Numbered from the stretch's first letter, positions 1 through 9,902 are shown. The stretch: DNA of 12,280 nt from Candidatus Zixiibacteriota bacterium (GCA_050117845.1 JASFLY010000046.1:1-12280), one strand, 5' to 3'. Notes: generated from the sequence alone by a model not told the origin. Numbers and translations are program-made.

Positions 1-318
1 TGTTCCGAAGGTTCCGGGAACGGCCGGTTCTACGACCCTATAGGTTTGGACGTCGCCCCCGACGGCCGCGTCTACGTCGCCGACCGGCTCAACCAACGTA
101 TACAGTACTTTACGCCGGAAGGTTCGTTTTTGGGGAAGTGGGGAACGCGGGGGAGCGGCAAGGGGGCCTTCATCGGGCCGTACGACGTCGCCCTTTCGCC
201 GGGCGGCAAACGACTCTACGTCGTCGATAGCGGCAACGACCGGATTCAGTATTTCCGGTGGTCGGCCCCGGCGGTCGCGCCGGCGTCCATAGGACGGGTC
301 AAAGCGCTGTACCGTTAA
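1..318 (+). CDS. NHL-repeat (6-bladed beta-propeller) protein, 5'-truncated by window edge
   Basis: Frame is open from base 1 (CSEGSGNGRFYDPIGLDVAPDGRVYVADRLNQRIQYF). NHL motifs F..P.G.DV..DG.VYVAD..N.RIQ.F are present. It is a paralog of 452..1423. Confidence 0.9.
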   Translation, partial: CSEGSGNGRFYDPIGLDVAPDGRVYVADRLNQRIQYFTPEGSFLGKWGTRGSGKGAFIGPYDVALSPGGKRLYVVDSGNDRIQYFRWSAPAVAPASIGRVKALYR

Positions 319-387
319 TCGAACGCCGCTGTAGCGGCAAGGATACGGGGGCTTGTAGGGGCGAACGGCGGTTCGCCCCTTTTTATG
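316..387 (+). repeat. 3' UTR copy 1 of a 72 bp duplication; contains a GTAG-REP hairpin plus T-tract (probable terminator, 355-384)
   Basis: Matches 1421..1492 at 66/72 by manual alignment. Hairpin aggggcgaac-ggcg-gttcgcccct is followed by tttt. Confidence 0.85.
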
Positions 388-404
388 GTTTTAATACATT
401 ATTG

Positions 405-413
405 TGTTATAAT
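405..413 (+). promoter_or_regulatory. Extended -10 promoter (TGtTATAAT) for the NHL gene at 452
   Basis: TGnTATAAT in an AT-rich tract, followed by SD GAGGAGG at ~437-443 and ATG 452. Confidence 0.6.
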
Positions 414-451
414 TATTATTAAAGGGAATAATAAGCGAGGAGGTTCAGGCG

Positions 452-1423
452 ATGAATAAACTGGTGTTGACGACGGCCGTGGCGCTCAGTGCGCTGGCGG
501 CCGCATGCGTTTACGGCGAGTGGGTGTACGAGGGGCAGTGGGGGGCAGAAGGATCCGGCAACGGGCAATTCGATTATCCCGCGGGGATTGACGTTGCACC
601 GAACGGAAACGTATACGTCGCCGATTTCATGAACGCTCGCATCCAGTACTTTTCGCCCACCGGTTCTTTTCTCGGGAAATGGGGTTCGACGCAGGAATTC
701 AACGGCCCATACGGGCTCGCCATTGCGCCGAACGGTTACGTTTACGTAGTTAACGTGGGGAAGAACAGGGATATTATTAATTACTGGACCCCTACGGGTT
801 CGGGCCTCGGGGGTTGGGGTGAATATGGTTCCGAAAACGGATGTTTTATTTGGCCCCTTGATGTTGCGGTTGCCCCGAACGGAAACGTCTACGTAGCCGA
901 TACCGAGAATTGCCGTGTCCAGTACTTCACGGCAAACGGTTATTTCCGGGGTAAGTGGGGGTCGGTGGGTACGGGCAACGGGGAATTCTGGAATAATAGC
1001 GGGATTGCCGTAGCTGCCAACGGCGTCGTTTACGTGACCGATCCGGGGCGCGAAAATGACCGCGTCCAATATTTTACCTCCGCCGGTTCGTTCCTCGGAA
1101 AATGGGGCTTGAGCGGAAACGGCAACGGCGAATTCGACTCTCCCTGGGGCGTGGACTCCGCTCCCAACGGCGATGTATACGTCGTGGACATAGGTAACCA
1201 CCGCGTGCAATATTTTACCTCCGCCGGATCGTTCTTAGGGAAATTGGGTTCGTACGGTTCCGGGAACGGCCAGTTTCACTACCCGATTGACGTCGCCGTT
1301 TCGCCCGCCGGCGGCCGGATATACGTCAGCGATGAATATAACCGTCGTATCCAGTATTTCCGATGGTCGCCGACGAACATAGCGCCTAGCTCCCTAGGCC
1401 GCGTTAAAGCGTTGTACCATTAA
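452..1423 (+). CDS. Secreted NHL-repeat beta-propeller protein, 323 aa
   Basis: N-terminal signal peptide MNKLVLTTAVALSALAAACVYG. Six repeats of WG..G.GNG.F..P.G.AVAPNG.VYV.D..N.RVQYF. Strong SD. Confidence 0.93.
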   Translation: MNKLVLTTAVALSALAAACVYGEWVYEGQWGAEGSGNGQFDYPAGIDVAPNGNVYVADFMNARIQYFSPTGSFLGKWGSTQEFNGPYGLAIAPNGYVYVVNVGKNRDIINYWTPTGSGLGGWGEYGSENGCFIWPLDVAVAPNGNVYVADTENCRVQYFTANGYFRGKWGSVGTGNGEFWNNSGIAVAANGVVYVTDPGRENDRVQYFTSAGSFLGKWGLSGNGNGEFDSPWGVDSAPNGDVYVVDIGNHRVQYFTSAGSFLGKLGSYGSGNGQFHYPIDVAVSPAGGRIYVSDEYNRRIQYFRWSPTNIAPSSLGRVKALYH

Positions 1424-1492
1424 TCGAGCGCCGCTGTAGCGATAAGGATACGGGGGCTAGTTGGGGCGAACGGCGGTTCTCCCCTTTTTATG
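1421..1492 (+). repeat. 3' UTR copy 2; decayed REP hairpin/terminator
   Basis: Near-identical to 316..387, with ggggcgaac-ggcg-gttctcccc followed by ttttt. Confidence 0.85.
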
Positions 1493-1557
1493 TTTCTCCG
1501 CTGACAACCTTTGTTATGTGCCTATATTATAATACATAGGTAGCGACGGCCTAAATC

Positions 1558-1770
1558 GTAGGCGCCGGTTTTCAAACCGGCGCGGCGGTACCGCCGCCGA
1601 CCGCGCCGGCCCGTAGGGGCGCAACGCGTTGCGCCCCTACCGACCCGAACGCCGAAGGCGTGATGACCTCCGGCGGGAACGTTAACGCCGCGGGTCGTAG
1701 GGGCGACTGGCCAGTCGCCCCTACTGCGTACGGCCCTACCGTGTGTTGGGCCGGCCGGCCGGGCCCCTAC
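1558..1770. repeat. Cluster of GTAG-type REP palindromes
   Basis: GTAG-gcgccggttt-tc-aaaccggcgc (1558-1583). Perfect 28 bp palindromes gtaggggcgcaacgcgttgcgcccctac (1613-1640) and gtaggggcgactggccagtcgcccctac (1697-1724). Further half-sites ending ccctac at ~1739 and 1770. Confidence 0.8.
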
Positions 1771-1824
1771 CGTGCCCAAAATCCGTTTTGGCCCCCTTTT
1801 TTCGTAAAATTTTTACGATTTTTC

Positions 1825-1853
1825 TTGACTCCCGGAAGGTCTTATGTTATAAA
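1825..1853 (+). promoter_or_regulatory. sigma70-type rRNA promoter
   Basis: TTGACT-17bp-TATAAA with extended TG at 1845-1846. A/T tracts upstream (1797-1823) resemble an UP element. Lies ~150 bp before the 23S. Confidence 0.8.
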
Positions 1854-1901
1854 TTCAGCCGGCTCGGGACGGCTTCCCGCCGTTCGGGGCCTCGTATTTC
1901 C

Positions 1902-1914
1902 GCTCATTGAAAAC
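1902..1914 (+). promoter_or_regulatory. boxA antitermination element
   Basis: GCTCATTGAAAAC resembles rrn boxA (GYTCTTTRAMAA), located just before the 5' processing-stem arm. Confidence 0.65.
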
Positions 1915-2000
1915 TACATAGCTAAGTGTAAGGCCACGGCGACTATAGCAACAACATAGTCGCGGGTAACCCCTTATAGACTTGTCCATAAACATGCTAT

Positions 2001-4999
<2,999 letters not shown>

Positions 5000-5137
5000 T
5001 AGCAGTCGCAATTATATACGCCCCGCGACTATACGGTCGCCGTTGTGCCTTCACTTAGCTATGTAGAATAAACCGGCGTGAGTTCGAACCGGATTAACAC
5101 TACCGATATTCACGCCTGCACGACCCGGAAATCAATT

Positions 5138-5255
5138 TCCTGGTGGCCTTAGCGGCGGGGAAACGCCCGTTCCCATTCCGAATACGGAAGCTAAGCCCGT
5201 CTGCGCCGATGGTACTTGGGGGGCGACCCCCTGGGAGAGTAGGACGCCGCCAGGA
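5138..5255 (+). rRNA. rrf: 5S ribosomal RNA
   Basis: TCCTGGTGGC...CCCGTTCCCATTCCGAATACGGAAGCTAAG...GCCGATGGTACT...GGGAGAGTAGGACGCCGCCAGGA; terminal helix pairs. Confidence 0.97.
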
Positions 5256-5265
5256 TAATAATTTT

Positions 5266-5314
5266 GACAGTGGGCTTAAGCGTTAGGCAATGGGCTTAAG
5301 CCCACTGTCTTTTT
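5266..5314 (+). terminator. Intrinsic terminator of the 23S-5S unit
   Basis: 16 bp perfect stem gacagtgggcttaagc/gcttaagcccactgtc followed by TTTTT. Confidence 0.85.
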
Positions 5315-5351
5315 ATAATGGCGCAGACATTCCTGTATGCCGAAGGGCCGC

Positions 5352-5531
5352 CTGGGCCGCCGGCTAAAGCCGGCGGTTAACGCTACGCAGGTGATATACC
5401 GGCCGCCGAAGCGGCCGGTCTCTATGTTTGTGTAGGGCCGTACCTTCAGGTGCGGCCACAATAATCTCGTATCAATGAGGGATTCGGTGGCGCAGAAATC
5501 CCTGTCTGCGGCGGGCCGACCTGACGGTCGG
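5352..5531 (+). repeat. 180 bp direct repeat, copy 1 (mosaic of REP-like hairpins)
   Basis: Aligns without gaps to 6023..6202 with 6 mismatches (manual count). Confidence 0.95.
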
Positions 5532-5584
5532 CCCCTACTTATTCTGGTCGAGCGTCTCGGTACAGAGGCCGCAAGGGTTTTCCT

Positions 5585-5612
5585 TTGACTTGGGGTCGTT
5601 TAGCGTTATAAT
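5585..5612 (+). promoter_or_regulatory. Promoter of hicBA
   Basis: TTGACT-16bp-TATAAT, then SD GGAGG at 5618-5622. Confidence 0.75.
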
Positions 5613-5631
5613 TGTACGGAGGTATGCAAAA

Positions 5632-5835
5632 GTGTTGAGGAAATTCACCCTCGAGTATTGGCGCGACGGCGAGTACTTCGTCGGCCGTCTTAAAGACGTC
5701 CCCGGCGTCTTCAGCCAGGGTAAGACCCTTGCGGAACTGGAGGCGAACATCGCCGAGGCGTACGCGTTAATGCGCGAGGAAGAAGAGGCGGTGGGCGCCG
5801 ACGTTTCGACCAAAGAAGTAGCGCTCGAGGTGTGA
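5632..5835 (+). CDS. hicB: Type II TA antitoxin, short HicB family (67 aa)
   Basis: F.LEYWRDGEYFVGRLKDVPGVFSQGKTLAELEANIAEA is the HicB partial RNase H fold motif. Start moved to GTG 5632, 9 nt after the SD. No C-terminal DNA-binding domain. Confidence 0.92.
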   Translation: MLRKFTLEYWRDGEYFVGRLKDVPGVFSQGKTLAELEANIAEAYALMREEEEAVGADVSTKEVALEV

Positions 5836-6014
5836 AACGCCGCGCCCTGATAAAGGAGTTAACCGCCGCCGGCTGCGTTATCCATCGGCACGGCAAGAAA
5901 CACGATATATACCGTAACCCGGATAACGGCCGCCGCGCGCCCGTCCCCCGCCATACCGAAATAGCGGACAGCCTTTGCCGGTTGATTAAGAAGCAACTGG
6001 GTATTTCGGTATGA
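5832..6014 (+). CDS. hicA: Type II TA toxin, HicA family mRNA interferase
   Basis: MKRRALIKEL...GC...RHGKKHDIYRNP....PVPRH.EI...L...I.KQLG is typical HicA with the catalytic His. GTGA overlap with the hicB stop. Confidence 0.93.
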   Translation: MKRRALIKELTAAGCVIHRHGKKHDIYRNPDNGRRAPVPRHTEIADSLCRLIKKQLGISV

Positions 6015-6022
6015 AAGCCCGT

Positions 6023-6202
6023 CTGGGCCGCCGGCTAAAGCCGGCGGTTAACGCTACGCAGGTGATATACCGGCCGCCGAAGCGGCCGGTCTCTATGTTT
6101 GTGTAGGGCCGTACCTTCGGGTGCGGCCACAATAATCTCGTATCAATGAGGGATTCGGTGGCGCAGAAATTCCTGCCTGCGGCGGGCCAACTTGAAGGTC
6201 GG
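6023..6202 (+). repeat. 180 bp direct repeat, copy 2
   Basis: Second copy of 5352..5531 (offset 671 bp); the last hairpin is decayed. Confidence 0.95.
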
Positions 6203-6241
6203 TCTTGAAAAAAGCCGGGCGGCGTGGTAGTTCATTCCGCC

Positions 6242-6271
6242 TTGACAATTAATGCGGCTATAGGGTATAAT
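6242..6271 (+). promoter_or_regulatory. Consensus sigma70 promoter at the start of the AT-rich islet
   Basis: TTGACA-18bp-TATAAT. Confidence 0.75.
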
Positions 6272-6516
6272 TATTAGCATAAGCTTAATTCAAGCGTCAA
6301 TACTTAAGGGTTGGTAACCGTTAGATGGAACGGTAGCATGGTGGGCATAGTTGAAATAAATCCAGTTCGGAGCGAAGGGGACGTCAGGTAAACGGACCTG
6401 ATTAACGAATTGGATCCGAAAATGGACTAAGAGTAACTCAAATGAGTATATTATAATAAAGGGGAAAAGGTCGCCAATATCAACTACGTAAATAAGGAGG
6501 AGGATAATGCATTGCA

Positions 6517-6723
6517 ATGGGTGAACGGCGTCGGAAATATATAGCCGAAGCGGTATCGCGTTTAGCGGTATTTGTGTGTACGAGTATACTAATAGGCCAA
6601 ATTATCCAGACGATCAATGATGGGCAACCGGAATATCCTTTACTCATCGTATGGGCCGAAATATACGTGCTATTAATGATAATAGGCACTATTATCCACC
6701 CAGGGGGTAGATTAAATAAATAA
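6517..6723 (+). CDS. Small two-TM membrane protein (hypothetical; loosely DUF6722-like)
   Basis: Basic N-terminus then two hydrophobic segments. SD AAGGAGGAGG at 6494-6503. Abuts the next ORF. The family resemblance is from memory only. Confidence 0.65.
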   Translation: MGERRRKYIAEAVSRLAVFVCTSILIGQIIQTINDGQPEYPLLIVWAEIYVLLMIIGTIIHPGGRLNK

Positions 6724-6725
6724 TT

Positions 6726-7295
6726 ATGTGGACGTTTACTATAATATTTAGTATAGCGACGTTAATTTCGCTAGGAGCTATTATTATTATCCAAAGACGA
6801 ATTTGGGATAAACCGAACGTCGATGAAAAAAGCCACAATGAGTTCACTAAAAATTACGTCGAAGAACTAAAAAGGGTAAGCGGGTATTTGGAAACCGTCG
6901 ACGAAAAAATCGACTATATCGGGGGATTATCGGAAAAAACCCGGGTATCTTCTAACAGGCTTTTGGAAGAATACCAAAATAATCTAAAATCGTTAGAATT
7001 ATTACAGGGAAAAATAGATGCCCAAAGACACGATATCTTAAAAATCGACCGAAAAATAAACGAACTCGTAACTCTAATGGAATCTTCGATAAATAATAAA
7101 GGGATAGTGAATAATGCCAGGAAAGCTATTCTCGCGCCGTTTCCTGGTATCCACGAGGTATTTAAGGGTTCTAAGGGTTTGCGAGTTAATATCGATGACC
7201 TTGTTGTGGAGTATATTACGCGAGTCGGAAAAGCTTACCGTGAATCTCGTCCTCATATCGATAAGGAAGGTTCTAGCGAGGAATCACGTAAATAA
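6726..7295 (+). CDS. Hypothetical protein, N-terminal TM anchor plus coiled coil
   Basis: 189 aa ORF in AT-rich DNA. Hydrophobic residues 1-22. Heptad-like region LLEEYQNNLKSLELLQGKIDAQRHDILKIDRKINELV. Starts 2 nt after the upstream stop. Confidence 0.8.
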   Translation: MWTFTIIFSIATLISLGAIIIIQRRIWDKPNVDEKSHNEFTKNYVEELKRVSGYLETVDEKIDYIGGLSEKTRVSSNRLLEEYQNNLKSLELLQGKIDAQRHDILKIDRKINELVTLMESSINNKGIVNNARKAILAPFPGIHEVFKGSKGLRVNIDDLVVEYITRVGKAYRESRPHIDKEGSSEESRK

Positions 7296-7408
7296 CGTCT
7301 TTTTAACTTCTTTCGAAACCTTTGGCTATAAACTTACCGGTGCGGCACATTGTTTAGGTATTCGATGGTATTCCTATAATAGGTTTTATTTCGTTTTGTG
7401 TATAGTCG

Positions 7409-7440
7409 GAAAACCCGCCTCTGAAGGCGGGTCTTTATTT
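7409..7440. terminator. Probable bidirectional terminator
   Basis: AAA-acccgcct-ctga-aggcgggt-CTTTATTT between convergent genes. Confidence 0.75.
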
Positions 7441-7441
7441 A

Positions 7442-8473
7442 TCATCGTTCGACGAGCGCGAAGTCCTTGCCGAGTTGCCGTTTTAATTCCTTCTCCGGCA
7501 CCCAACCCCAGGTGTGGTCGCGGGTGTTGAGGTGGTACCAGCCCAACGACTCGCTCATGACCTGGAACTCGCCGCCGGCCGGGAGGATAGCCTCTATTTC
7601 GCTTTCGTCCCGCGGTGTATCGTAAAGCGTCAGGTCCGTTTTGGCCTTGAACCACGTTTCGGGCATAGGTTTCCTGCGGCTCTCCGCCTTCCACACCACC
7701 ACTTCGTCCTCCGGTACGGCCGCGGTCTCGGTTTGTTCCCGGCACTCCGAAACGACCGATACGATGGCGACGACCAAGCCGATCGCCGCGCCGATTATCG
7801 GGATGACGCACGAACCCCATTTGATTCCGCTGGCGGTCCCTCCGATGCCGGAGGCGAAAACCACCCACCGGCCTTCCTCCTTCCGCAGTTTCCAGCCGAA
7901 CGGGACGGTCAGGTGGTTCACTTGGCCGGAGTTGAGGAAGATGAACGCCTCGATGCTAACGACGACGGACGCCTGTTCGGCCGTCAATTTCTTGAAATCG
8001 ACCGCCACCGTAAATCGCTTCATATCGCTTTTTATAAACTGGGCCTCGGCGCCTTTTTGGGCTTTGGCCCGGAACCGCTGGTCCTTTTTCGTGATGCAGG
8101 TCATGTACGAGGGCAGGTCCTCGTGGTTAATCGACTCCTGCGTCCGGCGAACGACGTCGACGATGGCGTCGGCTTCACTGCGAAGCAATCCGGCCGGCTC
8201 GCCGCCCAGGCCGGAGTAGACGAACGTCGGCTGAAACGGGATCTCCTTGGTCTCGCGCGTTATCTCCACGCCGGGTAGGTTTTTAAAGAAGAACGGCGGT
8301 TTAACGCCGGCGTCGACGCCGGCCGTGCCGAATTCGCGTCTGACGGCTCGGAGTTGTTCCTTGTCAGCCGCGGTCACCTCGAGTGATGAGCCGCAATAAG
8401 GACAGGTCACGGCGCCGGTGCCTTGTACGGCACCTCCACAATTGGGGCACTTAATCGATTTGACTTCCGCCAT
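7442..8473 (-). CDS. Membrane protein: Zn-ribbon + NTF2/SnoaL-like domain + TM + C-terminal SH3b-like domain (343 aa)
   Basis: Start reassigned to ATG 8473 (SD AAGGAG upstream). CPNCGG...CPYCGS. NTF2-like pattern INHEDLPSYM...ASVVV...WKLRKEEGRWVV. TM VIPIIGAAIGLVVAIVSVV. SH3b-like L.LYDTP...LPAG.EF.V....GWYHL......GWVP. Confidence 0.85.
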   Translation of the reverse strand: MAEVKSIKCPNCGGAVQGTGAVTCPYCGSSLEVTAADKEQLRAVRREFGTAGVDAGVKPPFFFKNLPGVEITRETKEIPFQPTFVYSGLGGEPAGLLRSEADAIVDVVRRTQESINHEDLPSYMTCITKKDQRFRAKAQKGAEAQFIKSDMKRFTVAVDFKKLTAEQASVVVSIEAFIFLNSGQVNHLTVPFGWKLRKEEGRWVVFASGIGGTASGIKWGSCVIPIIGAAIGLVVAIVSVVSECREQTETAAVPEDEVVVWKAESRRKPMPETWFKAKTDLTLYDTPRDESEIEAILPAGGEFQVMSESLGWYHLNTRDHTWGWVPEKELKRQLGKDFALVER

Positions 8474-8515
8474 AATTTCGGCTCCTTGGCTTCCACGGTT
8501 AATGTATTCGTTGGA

Positions 8516-8544
8516 ATAATAGGAAAAGGCGCGGCGTTTGGCAA
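8516..8544 (-). promoter_or_regulatory. Promoter for the minus-strand gene
   Basis: On the minus strand: TTGCCA-17bp-TATTAT, ~40 bp before ATG 8473. Confidence 0.65.
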
Positions 8545-8725
8545 CGGTAAATTTCAGATGGCGGGGGGGACCTTGCCGATGTTTCACGCCGTATCACTCC
8601 TCCCGGCTTTCCCGCCAGGGCCGGAAATCCCCTATACATGCCGTTTTTTGCTTATGATAAATATAAATAGCGCCAATGTAATTAAATATTAAAAAAAATA
8701 TAATAAGGTTGGGATAAAATAATAC

Positions 8726-8754
8726 TTGACATTTAGCCGATAATAGATTACGAT
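8726..8754 (+). promoter_or_regulatory. Promoter for the OMP gene
   Basis: TTGACA-17bp-TACGAT downstream of a very AT-rich tract. Confidence 0.55.
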
Positions 8755-8925
8755 ATACAAGGATGGAAGGGATGGTGGTTTGACATTTGGACGGCATGAC
8801 GTACGTTGTGACGAGAACGGCAGTTCCGCCGGGAAGCGGGGCGGAACTGGAGCGGCGTTACCCTTGGGGTGGGGTAGCGCTTTTTGATTACCGGTGGGGG
8901 CGGCCTTTAAACGAAGGGGTGAAGG

Positions 8926-9681
8926 ATGGAAAGGAAACTTGTATTCGCGGCAGTAGTATTAAGTTCTTTCGGCGTGGGGGGCGTGTGCGCGGTCGGAGAA
9001 GTCCCGGGAATTGATACGCCGGGAGGTAACGATATCGGGAACGGCGTTTCGGTGGGGGACGTATTGGCGGCCGGCTTGCCCGAGTTGGAATACGGCTGTT
9101 GCGTCGCGCCCGAGGGTAACGTAACGGCCGCCTCGTTCGGCGAATTCGCGCCGGAGGAAGTCGGCGGTAGGCGGAGCGCCGGCGCTTACTACGGGCCGCC
9201 GCCATTGCGTCCGTTATGTCTCCCGGGCGTCGTGCGTCGCTGGTGGTTCAGCGTTCACGGCGACATATTATTACCGTGGTGGGGGTATCTCGCCGATTCC
9301 TACGATGTTATCGCCCCTGGTGTGGTTGTCGATTGGGGACGCATCGTACTCCCATGTACGTTATGGATATACGTATTTTATTCGTATAACCATCTTTCCG
9401 CCGACGTGCCGGGGGTAGAAGATACGTACATTACGGACCTTAACGCGGGCCTACGTTACCGGATTCCGACCGGAGATCGTATCAATCCTTACGTCGGCGC
9501 CGGCCCCGGTTGGTATCATTTCGGCGAAGGCGGACGGGATGAGTTGGGCGTTGAGGCCGGCGCCGGGGTCGTTTGCGGGATTATAAACGGCCTGGCGCTC
9601 GACGGCGGCGGCGGTATACATTTCGTTTTCGATGACTCGGATACGAAGTTCGCCCGATTCCACGTCGGCGTATTGTTCTAA
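8926..9681 (+). CDS. Outer-membrane beta-barrel domain protein (small 8-strand type) with N-terminal extension
   Basis: Signal peptide. Motifs DLNAGLRYRI, INPYVGAGPGWY, GVEAGAGV. Terminal beta-signal RFHVGVLF. Confidence 0.82.
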   Translation: MERKLVFAAVVLSSFGVGGVCAVGEVPGIDTPGGNDIGNGVSVGDVLAAGLPELEYGCCVAPEGNVTAASFGEFAPEEVGGRRSAGAYYGPPPLRPLCLPGVVRRWWFSVHGDILLPWWGYLADSYDVIAPGVVVDWGRIVLPCTLWIYVFYSYNHLSADVPGVEDTYITDLNAGLRYRIPTGDRINPYVGAGPGWYHFGEGGRDELGVEAGAGVVCGIINGLALDGGGGIHFVFDDSDTKFARFHVGVLF

Positions 9682-9858
9682 GGGGAGGTCACGCTAAACG
9701 CAAACTTTTTCCTCGGGGCGCCGGGCACGTAAACCAAATCCTCCTTTGACAAAACCGGCGTCCCCGAGGCCTTTTCTACAAGGCCTAACCGTTCAATGAT
9801 AAAAACGCCGCCCTTCCTCGGGCGGCGCTTCCGTTTGTCGACCTCGGCGCATTAGTGC

Positions 9859-9886
9859 TTGCGCCGGCGGTTAATTTCCGTATAAT
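9859..9886 (+). promoter_or_regulatory. Promoter for the 9903 gene
   Basis: TTGCGC-16bp-TATAAT, 16 nt before ATG 9903; no clear SD. Confidence 0.5.
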
Positions 9887-9902
9887 GTCGAATCGTATAC
9901 TT

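Noticed and set aside
419..1210. 263 aa antisense ORF; likewise 7514..8278(+), 7641..8219(+), 9930..10307(-), 11015..11821(-)
   Set aside because: Shadow ORFs of GC-rich genes whose opposite-strand products carry clear motifs.
1558..1770. CRISPR array
   Set aside because: Units differ in core sequence and spacing, are palindromic REPs, and there are no cas genes.
1522..1959. ORFs 1522..1779(-) and 1660..1959(+)
   Set aside because: Translations of REP palindromes and the rRNA promoter, with no protein-like features.
5005..5137. tRNA in the 23S-5S spacer (contains GTTCGAA)
   Set aside because: No cloverleaf. The sequence is explained by the 3' processing arm and a ggcgtga/tcacgcc hairpin.
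5352..6202. Composite transposon/IS call for the hicBA cassette
   Set aside because: The repeats encode no transposase, and I found no terminal inverted repeats or target-site duplication; kept only as a hypothesis in findings.
7313..7393. Long imperfect hairpin after the 189 aa ORF
   Set aside because: Only 4-6 bp patches pair in AT-rich sequence; not distinguishable from chance by eye.
9783..9876. Integron attC-like site (GCCTAAC...GTTAATT); also GTTAGGC at 5282 and GTTAGAT at 6320
   Set aside because: No complementary L boxes at the proper spacing, no cassette array and no integrase; 7-mers occur by chance.
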